DNA of 64,000 bases. It comes from Enoplolaimus lenunculus (taxonomy: Eukaryota). Both the position numbers and the translations under genes were made by a program. The notes beneath the pieces were generated by a model. That model searched no databases. It saw nothing but the letters and a program-made list of their open reading frames with translations, and had not been told where the DNA came from. The DNA lies in NCBI GenBank assembly GCA_030248215.1, contig JASANG010004128.1:310001-374000 (forward strand). Direction: 5' to 3'. How positions within the stretch are numbered: position 1 is the first letter of the stretch; each line of letters opens with the position of its first letter. Below, in pieces: positions 14,637 through 26,656 of this stretch.

Positions 14637-15100
14637 CTGTAGTGACCCAAATAAGAGGGGGACTGATGTGATCCGGTATTGCAACTAGGCGATGATGTAA
14701 ATAAGAGTCCGTAAGCGGATACCGTCCCTAAACCCTAATTAGATTCAACAAATGTCAGTTCTTCCTAATTGTAGTGCATAAATGGCTCCAGGACCAAATG
14801 AAATTAAGTTCGAATCTTTAAGCGTACTTAAATTTTGAGAGAGAAAATTTGTTTTGTGTCAATAGCTTGAGCGATAATGCAAGGTTATACTTAGGAATGT
14901 ACTTTCAAAATTTAAGCATGCTTTAAAGTTTCGAAGTCAAATTATTTGGTCCTGCAGTCATTTATGCGCATAATTAGGGTTAATTGACATTTATGGACTC
15001 TAATTAGGGTCTAGGGACTCTATCCGCTTACGGACTCGTATTAGGGATACGGACTCCTAACCCAAAACGGGGACCCGCCCTTTTATTCGGGTCAATACAG
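14637..15100. mobile_element. TA-flanked palindromic MITE (TIR CTGTAGTGACCC(G/A)AATAAGA); many nested or fragmentary relatives (14188, 15595, 15765, 28454, 31021, 32982, 57841)
   Basis: ta|ctgtagtgacccaaataaga ... ttattcgggtcaatacag|ta with long inverted arms. Confidence 0.7.
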
Positions 15101-15334
15101 TACTATACTTTCGAAGACATTAAAGAAAGTACACGAATACAAACGTATTCTAAGACGACACAACGAGCGGAAAAGATTCTTCCTAAAAATATTCTTGAAA
15201 GTAAATTCCTCAGTATAACCTTGCATGATCGCTCAAGCTATTGACGCAAGACAAACGTTTAATTCAACGGATAGTTTCAGTACCGGATATATATATCAGT
15301 AACGAAGGGTGGCGGAGCGTGGGTCAAAAATAAA

Positions 15335-15505
15335 GGCCCATGTATTGAACAGGGCCGGAACAGTAGTATAAACATATTCCAAAGCCTAAGTCTAAGCGTA
15401 TGGATGAGCCTATTCCTAAGCCTAAGCAAAAAATAGTCTAAAGCTTAAACTGACTCTACTATAGCCCCTCCGGAAAACGATCCGGCCCTGTTCCATACAT
15501 GGGCC
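15335..15505. mobile_element. Short MITE with 25-bp GGCCCATGTA TIRs carrying degenerate (GCCTAA/TTAGGC)n
   Basis: TIRs match at 24/25 positions; flanked by aaa/aaa. Relatives at ~15975-16230, 27555-27705, 51940-52050, 55045-55239 and 63590-63722. Confidence 0.75.
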
Positions 15506-16533
15506 AAACAGCCCGTAACCGAATAACAAGGGGGGTACCCTCTGGACAGTACAAATAAATATCGGTCCCCTTTCTTCTTATTCGGGTCACTACAGTACGC
15601 TTTAAAGTTTCGAACTCAACTATATTCGGTCCTGGAGTCAGTCATGCGCTACAATAAGGGATAATTGACATACCGACTCTATCCGCTTACGGACTCTTAC
15701 TTATTAGGGATGCGGACTCTTATTGATTGGGACTCAAACATGGATACCCCCTTTAGTCACTACAGTATCGTAACATGCGCTCGACATATATACATATATA
15801 TTATATTCATTGTAGATCATAAAAAATATATATATTCACTGTAATCATAACAAAATAACGATGTTTGTATATTTTACGTTAAAGTAAATCTATTACAATG
15901 TGTGACGTTGATAGACTAAGATTAAGCTTTAGATTAGACGGGCACCGGATATCCGGACAGAATATCCGGATATTGGCCAATGTAAAGAATAGGTCCGAAA
16001 CAGTAAAATATATAAGCATATTCTTAAGCCTAAAGTCGAAGCCTAAAAGCGTAAGAACGAGCATATTTCTAAGCCTTAGAGAGGATCCTGAAGTTATGGA
16101 CCAATATTACTTTCAGCAGTGTAACAACCGAAACGTATTCCCAAGCTTAAGCCTTTTCAACGTAATAAATACAAAGTCTAAACAAAGCTTAAGCGCCTAA
16201 AAGCCCAACCAAAATATTAGTCTAAAATTTTTCGACACCTTTAAGACTTAGCACTAATTACATAACCGGCGATAGGTGCTACACATTTGAAAATACGGGC
16301 CTAGAATTTTAAATTTAGAACAGCTTTCTGACACGTAATTAAATGTTAGTGAAAGGTTCTTGAGTCAACGCAATCACATTTAAGGAAAATTTGCACTCAA
16401 GCTAAAATCGAACCCCTCTTACGTCTCTGCAACCCATCAACCGCAATACATCTCTATAAATACAAAAATCATGTAATCGAATGCCATTGCGATAGTCCTC
16501 TATTTTAGAGACTCTTATAAAATAGCGTTGTCG

Positions 16534-19500
16534 CTAGTGTCGCTTCTTTAAATTCTGAAATCGTTTTGTTAAGTCGTCGAAATCCAAATCATTTCCTCCA
16601 CCTTCTTCGGCGCCTGCTTTCGGTTCAACAGAATCATTATCTTTGTCAGGCGGTTTCAAACTTGAATAACCTGGCGGTCCTCCAAACATATCAGGCGGAG
16701 GTCCTTGCCCTCCGGGATAATTACCGGATCCCGGAACATTCGGAGGCATAAAAGGACCCGAAGGGGGATCAGGTAAATCAGGAAACCCATCTGGGAACAC
16801 ACTTGCTGTGGGCAACGGAGCAGTAGCATTATCGCTGCTAGACGTTTGCGTATTTGGGGGGATATTGTCCTAAAAAAGGTTAGATAGCTGGTGTAATCGG
16901 ATTTCAGGTGTTATGAAATAACTGAGCCTAGCGGGTTAAACGCGTATAATATACAAACAGAGGGTGTGAAGCCTTTTGAACTCGATGCATTTGTACCAGT
17001 TTATCGTTATTCTTTGAAATGTTTTATTAACAAAAAATTACTTTTCCAAAAAATATTCTTAGTGAAATCCTTGGGTATCTTCCACCAAAAACACCTCTCG
17101 TGCAGTTGATTTTTTGCAAACATTTCAATTACTTATTACGTACAAATATTAAATCTCTCAAAATTGATTTCAGACCACTTACGTGCTGCAAGTTTGGATA
17201 ATTGAACGGTTGTTGGGTTGGCGGTCCAGGATAACCACTTGGCGTAGTTACGTTTTCAGTACCAATTGGAGGCTTCTCATCACCCGAAGTAGAGCCACCG
17301 CCACCGCTAGTAACAGCTCCCCCTGGTGGATAGGTCCATCCGTAACCTTGCTAAAACACAAAAAATAAATGTTTTTTTGAAAACCAACCGTCCCGATTCA
17401 TAAAATTCAATATAATCTGTTGTTATGTTCACATACGGACGTGACAACATAGAAAAATGGTGTTTTGCGTTTTGGTTAAAAATAGCACTCTTCTACGTTG
17501 ATTTTAGGTTTGTACATGAATATTCGTATTTTCGTGGTTTACATCTAACTACATAACGTTACTACATTAACACAAACGATGCGTATTATAACTTCAGCGC
17601 CAACAAGAATATCCAATTTTTCCAACTGCACAACATAAGTAAACAAAAGTTAACGAGAGCATTAGAATTTCACCTGTCCCTGATTCTGAAAATCAATTAG
17701 CATAGCTTCAGCGGTGGCGACTTCATCTTCCCGTAAAACTGCCATATCTGGCTTGAAAGGTACACCATGACTTTTTGCTATTTCGACCATATACCTGTGA
17801 AATGTTCAAATACATGAATATGATTTCAAAACATTACTTGGCATAGAGCGTATTATTCGATTGGCTTTAATACCTAACAGCCCTCACCACGTAAATAAGC
17901 TTCTCCTGATCTCAAGAATATATAATTTAAAGTTGTTGAGCTCTCAACAACGTAGAAATTCAACATTTTGTCTCGTATGTTATATCAAAAGCTGATCAAG
18001 TAGGTTACAGGAATTTTTAAACATTCACAGTATATTTTATTAATATGAAAAAATTTAACAAACCGGAAATTTGATTTACTTTTCAACTAAAATTTTCGGT
18101 GGCGCTGCAACCGACAACTTTTGCATGAGCTTGGGACTGACTTTACCGAGCTGATTTTCTCGACATGCTTCTAAAAACGGTTTGCCGTATTTTGCAGTAA
18201 GCTGGTCAGCTATTACCTAAAATTAAAACTAATATAATACAGGTTTCAAACTACAGCCTTGTTTAATCGAATGCTACTGCAAGCAAAATAAAGCGTTGTA
18301 TTCAAGGCGGTAATGCGTCATAGCTATAAAAGGCTTTTTATGCACAGTTTTCACAACCAATATGCAACCCAACATCCTGTTAATATCATAACTGCACAAA
18401 ATAACAACGAGTCACAATGAAACCTAATAATAGGGAAACAATTACGTGGTTAAGGAAGTAGTCGAGAGAGATTATGGGCATACACAGGAACAGCTTATAC
18501 GAACTTTAGTGATAAAATCGGTCCACAACCTTGGCAAGTCAATTATGTCTATAAATCCAAAGAATGAATTTCAAGCCCTAGTCGATTCCTATTTTTACAT
18601 GCTGTGCGCGGAAATAGTGTATATATACAATACCTCGAATTAATTTTAGAGGTACTAGTATTGAATCGATATATACCGCTACCGATAAATTTGTAATGTG
18701 TTCTCAGACGAATTTAGTTGAATTAATTACGTAGCGTCTACGAAATCATGCTCATCATGGGGCGGTTTCGAATATAGAGCAGATCCCAGATTCAGGCTAA
18801 TAATAAGGACCTACAGCATTAATACCGTTATTTTGATTTTCAGGGAACATTTTTGTACCTACAACACATACGTAATCTATGAAACCTGAACGAGCAGTTG
18901 TAACTCGACGCAGAGTGACGGCCTCGAAAAACACATATAGATAATTGTTCAATCACTTGTTCACCGCCTTGACATTTTTACTGAAGTTTGTTTTGTCAAG
19001 CAACAAGCCTTATATAACGGAAATTAAGGCTGGCTTGTAATAAGCTTCAGAAAATTCCGATTTGTTAAAATAGGTTATTGCCAGAAATAACTTTGAAAGT
19101 TGAGCTAAAAAGACAGTATGTAGAATGCTGGAATGCAGCTGTCCAAGAAAGGCTGGATTTCAGAACACGAGAGAAGGTAATGTTTGTGTTTGCCAAGGCA
19201 AATATACCTGCAGAACAGTTACCTATATACATGTAACTGAAAATGTCTTCAACACTACAGAACTTATACTGGTCGTGTATGTAATTACTTAACTTAAATT
19301 CTGGAATATCTGACTGAATTCGAATTGCTGCCCAAATCACACTGTTGATTGCCTCTTCTACACCTTCATCAATTGTTCTGCAATACACAGTGGCTACGTT
19401 ACACAGGCATTTATGCGCCCATTTGAAGCTTTAACTTCAGTGATAGTTAAAGATTGACAAACGTAAGAAATTAAAGTTGATTAACAATGCAGTAAATCAA

Positions 19501-22500
19501 CATAAAACTAGCAACAACCCTTCGGCTGATTGATTATTAAAAATGTGGCCAGCCGAAAACCCGGGTGGTCTACCTACGTATCTATATAACATATATAATA
19601 TATAATATATATATGTATATATACATATAAATCCACTTAAAACCGCAGGCACCTCTATGAACAGTGAAAATCAAAACGAAACTCTGCTACCGCGTCCTGT
19701 GTAGACGACGCGCGCCCTTGGCACACCGTCGGAGGCGTGATAAATATGCGAACGGTGAAAAAGTCCTTACGCCTGTGTAAAGACACGTGTAATATTGGCT
19801 CATGGAACATCAGAACGCTACTTAAAAACGGGTATGAGGAACTTCTTACTTAAAAACGGGTATGAGGAACTTCTATATAGATCCCTCGGTAATCGTCACA
19901 TACATGTAGCGGCCCTATCGGAACTACGATTGACGAAAACTGGTACTACTATCACCTCGCCAGAGGCAGAATACCGTGTGCTATTTTTCTGGTGCAGAAA
20001 CGACGGGTCAGCAGGGTGTAGGTATCGCGATTAGCACGGAACTGTTTGAGTCCGTCATGAGATGGTTTCTTGTCTGCTCACGTTTGGTCTACGCGAGACT
20101 TCGTGCAAAACCTTTCAATCTTTCGATCATCTCTGCCTACGGCTCAACTAATGATCAGCCAGTCGATGTGAAAGACAACTTGATGGAGGAACTAACAGAA
20201 CTCATTTCTGGTACTCCTTCTAATGATCTGCTCATTGTGTGTGGTGATTTCAACGCACAAATAGGGCCCCGTGGGTGCGGCGAAGAATCTGTAACAGGGT
20301 TGTTCACTAGCGGAACCCGCTCTGACAATGGTAATAGATTACTGGCGCTAGAAGAGACGCACGAAATGTTCCTGGTTAACACTATCTTTCGTCACCCTGT
20401 CATAAAATTGGAACGTACACATTTTCACAAAAAGCAACGACCAATCAACTTCATGGCATTGCGCGATCAAACTGTGGCTGAAACCTTCCGACTTTCTCTG
20501 GCTAACCGATTTGCTGCGCTGGAGCAAGTTGAAAACCTGTCTTCGGAAAAACGATGGGACACGATTTCCGACTGCACTGTATCCTCATTGAGAGCGGCAC
20601 TGCCCGTCCAGAGGCGAGATAAGCATGTACGCTGGCTAGAAGATTCTACAATAAACCAAGCAGTAAAATTAAGCCGCAGCTACAACAACCGAACAAGATC
20701 AATATTGAAAACGAAGCTTTACAACGGTATAAAAAATGATAGAGAAAATCAGTTTAAAGCAATTACAACTGAGCTAAATCATGCTGCTCAAGTGAATGAT
20801 CAGCACAGATTATATAAACTTATTCGAAAATGTTCGCAAGTACCGTTGGCAACTCGAGGCATCATAAAAGATGTATATGTAACAGCCTGGTTTCTGAAGC
20901 AGCACATGTACAACGCTGGAGTGAACCCTTTGAGCAACTGCATAATAAGCGTCTGCCGGAAAACCCAATATCCGACGAGGAGCTGAGCTTTAGTGGCTTC
21001 TATACAGCTGACAACAGCGATCCGCCAACGCTGAGCGAAGTTCAGGATGCAGTGAATAAACTTCGCAATGGCAAAGCTCCTGGCATAGATGGTATTCCAT
21101 CAGACTGTTTCAAACGCTCAAATGCACTAACCCAGCAACTTCACAGCTTATTATCTGAAATTTGGGCATCCGAGTCTATCCCGATCTCCTGGCGAACAGC
21201 CATCATACTGCCTTTCTATAAAAAGGCGATAAATCCAGTTGCTCGAATTATCGCGGTATATCGCTACTGAACACCGCTTTTAAAATCTTCGAAGCCGTCA
21301 TTGCAAATAGATTCAATGAATTCAAGGGAAAATTTGAACGAGAGCAACAATGCGGATTCCGAACAGGGCGTAGTACCATCGATCAAATTTTGACTATGCG
21401 CGTTCTACTGGAATCTCTGCACGAGCACCGCCAGCCTGCCTCACGGTGTTCCTTCAAAACTAGTTTCGCTTACAAGAGCCATCTTTGAGCCGTCGTTCGG
21501 TTGTGCGCGTGTGAACGATACGCTGTCGCGATCTTTTGAGATCAAGTCCGGTGTGAGACAGGGTTCAATACTGTCACCCACGTTGTTCAACTATGCGATA
21601 GCCTGGGTTCTGGAAACAGCTTTGAAAGGCAACGACGGTGTTCAATACAGCATGTCTGATAGATTCACAGATGCAAAATATGCTGACGACATTGCAATAG
21701 CCGGCACCTCCTCAGATACTCTTCAGCAGGTTTTAGACCGTGTCAACATGGCTGCTAAGCGCATGGGCCCCAACATCAGTGACACTAAAACAAAGGTAGT
21801 GACCTGTTGCATAAACCAGCCATCAAACATCGTGCTTAACGGCAAAGCACTAGAACGTGTTCAGAATTTCTGCTATCTCGGAAGTGTTTTAACATGTACT
21901 GGCTCGTCAGAAGGCGAAGTAACTAATCGCACAAACTGTGCACGGAGTGCATTCGGTGCGTTACGAAAGTTTTGGCGAGCTGAAGACATCTTGCTGAACA
22001 CAAAACTTAACATTTATAGCGCCGCAATCAGACCAGTATTGCTGTACGGTTGTGGCACGTGGTCCATGAAGCAAAGTTCTTTTCAACAAATCAACGTTTT
22101 TGAAAACTACTGCCGTAGGCGTATACTGCACCAAACAATCACGTCTTCACTTACTCGGACACTCTTTACGGATGCCAGAGCAACGAATACTGCGAAAAAT
22201 GGTACTGGTGAAAACTCCGACCGGACTTTTCTAGGACAAAAATTTTCAATGTTAAAACGTGAAGACGTGAACTTTTTTTGAGGCGGACATTCGGCAAAAT
22301 ATGATATTATATTACGCTGAGTACTCATAATTTTTTAATAGCGTTACATTTGCGGGGAATTTTTGTCGTTGAGCGATGAGTAATCTTCAGTTGAGTTGGA
22401 AACACGGTCTGGAATGAAAAAAAACGGTCCAAAAAGTCGGTTTGCAAAATTTTAAGCCTGCCCCCCAAGAAAGCTGCCCCCCAGCGGAAATTTTCAAGCT

Positions 22501-25266
22501 GTGGAGAAGCCAGATATATAGATATATATAAATATTATATAATATATATAAACATATATGTCAGGGTTTCAACAGAAACTAAGTTTTATTGGAAGAGGAA
22601 CAGAAATTTGATAGTAATTTTCATCACCGAAGTAATACTGAACTTTTTCCAAAACTAGCCAATAAAGGTCTTAAGCGAATTTTCAGTTATTTTATCACAA
22701 AGTTTTGCTAAAACATTAGCTTTTCAATCTAGCCGTTTATTAACAAAATTGAACTAAGTGCAAAAACACTACTTTTCGAAATAACAACTTTTTAAAAACA
22801 AACAAAGTTTCCAATATTTAGATGATTATGAATAATTCACCACAAAACCTAAAAAATTCCGGCTCATCATCTTTGAATGAAGGAACATTAACTGGTGCAG
22901 AAATTGGATTTTTGCAGACAAGAATTTCGGTTGAACACTGATATAAGTAGCTATTCAGGGTACAACCGCAATTCCTTTTCCGGCCGGAAATCCTGCAAAA
23001 ATTCAATTCCTGTTCCTGTTCCTGCATTCAAAGATGCAGGAACCGCAATTTTTCCGGTGTTGTGGCAAAATAATCACAATTATTTGAACATTGGAAACTT
23101 TGTCTTTAAAAAATTTTATTTCGAAACGAATTTTTTTTTGCAATTAGTTCGCAAATCTTGGTGATACAATAGCTGCAAATTCGCTTAAGCCATTTTTTGG
23201 CAAGTTTTCTAAGAAGTTTGAGTGTAACTCTCGGTGATGCAAATTATTCCAAATTCCGATTCTTAACAATGAAATTCAATTCCTGTTCCTGTTTCTGTTA
23301 CGGCAAAATTTAATTCCTGTTGGAACCATGATATATGTAATATATATTATATATACGATATATAATGTATAAATATATTCGTAACGTGAATACATTTTGC
23401 TGTTCGTTCACGCTATTAGGGTTTACAAAAACTTAAAAATACTTCATCTGTTGGATCAAACCGAATCTAGCAAGCAGTAGATCACAATACATCTCCAGCA
23501 GTTCGTAAGCTTCGACTATGTAATCTTCGCGAATAATGTGTTCAACTCGAATACGAGCACGGTCTTCTTTGTTCTCTGAAAGCAAATTGTAGCGAATTTT
23601 TTTTATTTATTATAAAAATATACAACCAGTTTTTAGCTCATAAAACCTATGTCTGTTCAAAACACAACTATGTATGTTTATTTATCTGAGTGGTTGTGGT
23701 GTAAGCAATTCGACAATGCTATAGTTGCGATCTTGGCTGTATGTCAAAATTGAAGTTGAACAACGTGTCTGAAAAGAGATCGTCGTACACCACACAGCAC
23801 ACGAGGCCATAACTCCACCTAGTCTTAGAACCTAAGTTACGCTTATGCCTGCTTAGCGGCGTAATTAAAAACTACTTAGCATGTCCTGTACCGCAATGTA
23901 ATTGGTACCAAAAGTCCTTCGTGGCTATTGAACAATGTAATTATGCAAGTTTTGCCGCACAATTGTGATAGCTGGTTGATGCTGACGTTATATTTTTATT
24001 ATGGGTTCGGAAACTTGCAAAACCAGTAGTATTACGCTAATCTCTTAAATATGTGGACCGGGGATGGGCGTCCTCGATTAAAAACGGACATCGAGACCGG
24101 CCAAGCAGGAATCGGTCTCGCTCAATTTTTGGTCATTACCAAAAAAATTAGTTTTCAAAGAAATTTACTTTTTTCGTCGTTTGTTGTGTTTTTCACAGCT
24201 TTTTTGCGTTTTTTCAGAGTATCTGCTCGAAATCATTGCGTAACTATGAATTTCAAAATTTCAGAGCGAAATTTTATTTATCTGCGAGCACTGACTACTT
24301 CAACAGTTGTACTGTCATACACATGCTGAATCCTCAACTTCTGGTCTCGGTTCCAAACCGTCGAGACTCAAAAAGCGAGACCGAGACCTGCCGAAGACCG
24401 AAACTTCCATTCCAGATGGAACTGGGGTAGCCAGCTTCCATAATCTTTCTGTTGGTTTTTCAATTAATTCCTGGTTCTGTTTCCGATTTCTAAGTTTTCT
24501 GAATTTTGTGCGTTCTTGCATATTATTGGTGTTGCAAGATTAGTTGAATCAGACACGGCGGCTTGATGTGAAGGAATAAGCGGTTTTTATACTTTTTCGA
24601 GATACCGTTAGTTCACTTGGCCAACGGACGCTAATACGGGAATTACAGAGAAAACGACATTTACCTGTTAAGTCAGGAATTCTGTGGTATTTTGGGAAAT
24701 ACGGGAACCTGGGTGGTATTTAGTAAATTTTATCGAGGCTAAAATTTACAGCTATGGAAGATAGTGAAGTTACTTGGGAATATATGCGTTTATTTTCGGT
24801 ACGTATTTATGTAAGCCAATGACTTAGTTGAAACCCAGCTAAAGTCGCATCGCAATTGACAGTATGCAGTAAAGTTTATTGAACAGAAAGATTACGTATC
24901 GTAATTCAAATTAATTCGGAATTTTAGACATAAGCATTGCGCTAAGTTAAACATGCATTACTTACAGTTTTTGTTTCAAGCTGGTTGTAATAGAGTAAAG
25001 CATTATAACAAGCCGCGTCCCTGCATCAGAGCTAATTGCGCATCTGTGAGGACGAACTTGAATTGAGTTTTGATTTGCGCGTCTACCTAGAAATCTTCAA
25101 CTTTGTACAATGAGCACGTAAAAGACTTACCGGCAATATAATCAGCTATTTCCTTTCGTGCTTTCTGAGTAAGTTCCGTCTTTTTCTTCTCCACCAACTT
25201 TAAGCGATTGATAGCTAGACGCAAATTAGTTTTAAGTTTGTTATAATTAGGCCCAGACGAAAACAT
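16534..25266 (-). CDS. IST1: IST1 ESCRT-III-associated factor, 7 exons, 371 aa
   Basis: Exons 25266-25131, 23575-23443, 19377-19293, 18216-18080, 17794-17674, 17350-17183, 16869-16534 (1116 nt). Motifs: KLKTNLRLAINRLKL, RARIRVEHIIREDY, ELLEMYCDLLLARFGLI, a Pro-rich linker, MIM2-like FPDLPDPP and MIM1-like DFDDLTKRFQNLKK. The intron 3 donor is non-canonical (see findings). Confidence 0.95.
19790..22150 (+). mobile_element. Degenerate non-LTR retrotransposon (RTE-like LINE; APE endonuclease + reverse transcriptase), antisense in IST1 intron 2
   Basis: Endonuclease motifs GSWNIRTL, ALSELR, GVGI, ISAYG and GDFNAQIG. RT motifs KAPGIDGIP, QQCGFR, GVRQGSILSP and YADD, followed by YLGS and LLYG. Broken by frameshifts, a 28-bp tandem duplication (19819-19874) and internal deletions. 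Boundaries are approximate. Confidence 0.9.
22562..23330. mobile_element. Two inverted adjacent copies of a CAGGG-TIR MITE (22562-22940, 22957-23330); others at 40038-40451 and ~2245-2425
   Basis: cagggtttcaacag...cggttgaacactg followed by cagggtacaaccgc...cctgttggaaccatg; the two interiors are degenerate reverse complements. Confidence 0.65.
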
Positions 25267-25376
25267 GGTGGATTCTACTACAAAAACGAAAAACAAGTAG
25301 CGCAAACTATGTCGTATATGGATAATTCTTTAGTTTTAGACCGCTGTTTTGATTTCCTTATTGATTTGGCAATCAG

Positions 25377-25865
25377 TTTCGGTATATGTTTACGTAAGTG
25401 TATGTAAAGCAAATGTTGCTATTTATGTGCACATATACCGTTGTAAGAAGTTGTTGCAATGACCGCGTAGTGTAGTTGTAGCATGTTTGGCTCGAGCGCA
25501 AGAAGGCCGAGGTTCCATTCACGGTGTGGTAATAAACTTTGGGCAAAACTTCAAACAGGGGTCGTGCAGGTCGTTAGTACCAACATGAAGGTCCCACCGA
25601 GATGGGCATTGCAAACAGCAAGCCCATGAATTCGGGTAGTTGGATTCACGGCCCGAGACGGCCGCCTGTAAAAAAGAGGATTGTCGGTATATGATCACAT
25701 AATGTAAAGCAAATGTTACCTTGCCATGCCTGTGCACATATACCAGTATAAGAAGTTGTTGCATGTTTGGCTCGAGTGCAAGAGGGCCGAGGTTCGATTC
25801 CCGGCACGGTCATTAACTTTGGGCAAAACTTCAAACAGGAGTCGTGCAGACCGTTAGTACCAACA
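25377..25865 (+). mobile_element. TRIM P: miniature non-autonomous LTR retrotransposon with tRNA-like cassette in its LTRs
   Basis: LTR1 25377-25585 and LTR2 25682-25865 (LTR2 TGTCGGTAT...GTACCAACA; LTR1 starts TTTCGGTAT). PBS tgaaggtcccaccgagat at 25586-25603. PPT aaaaaagagga at 25670-25680. 5-bp TSD ATCAG at 25372-25376 and 25866-25870. Confidence 0.85.
25461..25532 (+). pseudogene. tRNA-like cassette within TRIM P LTR1 (5'-deleted copy in LTR2, ~25761-25812)
   Basis: gaccgcg-tagtgtagttg (A box) ... ggttccattc in LTR1 / ggttcgattcc in LTR2 (B box) ... cacggtca in LTR2. Confidence 0.7.
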
Positions 25866-26656
25866 ATCAGTAGTTATTATCAGAACTGCACGGTCGTGAC
25901 GACCCATTTCCCCGAAGTACTGCGAATATAATTGGTTTTCCCCCATAATTTCTCCGAAAGATATGGCCACGCCGGGAATCGAACTTCGGACCTCTGGCTC
26001 GCGAGTCAAGCGCGCTACCCATTACACCAGGCGGCTGATATCATAATTTCCTCTGGTGCTATATATCCACGAGTATGGATGTGTCTTTAACATTACACAC
26101 TCAGCTACACAAGCTACACCGCGTATACTCACATCCCCCTTCTTTAGACAGTCGCCCCGGACCGCGAATCCAAAATTCTCGGTATCCACGGGCCTGCAAT
26201 TTACAGCGCCCATCTCGGTGGACCTCCATATCAGAACTGTACGGTCAGGAGTCGTGCAGACCGTTAGTACCAACAATCAGTAGTTATTATCAGAACTGCA
26301 CGGTCGTGACGACCCATTTCCCCGAAATACTGCGAATATAATTGATTTTTCCCCTTAATTTCTCCGAAAGATATGGCCACGCCGGGAATCGAACTTCGGA
26401 CCTCTGGCTCGCGAGTCAAGCGCGCTACCCATTACACCAGGCGGCCGATATCATAATTTCCTCTGGTGCTATATATCCACGAGTATGGATGTGTCTTTAA
26501 CATTACACACTCAGCTACACAAGCTACACCGCGTATACTCACATTCCCCCTTCTTTAGACAGTCGCCCCGGACCGCGAATCCAAAATTCTCCGTATCCAC
26601 GGGCCTGCAATTTACAGCGCCCATCTCGGTGGACCTCCATATCAGAACTGTACGGT
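25836..26656. repeat. ~410-bp near-identical tandem duplication spanning the TRIM P/TRIM M junction
   Basis: Units 25836-26245 and 26246-26656 both start caggagtcgtgcagaccgttagtaccaacaatcagtagttat. The duplication creates a third M-type LTR (25878-26133) plus internal region. Confidence 0.9.
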
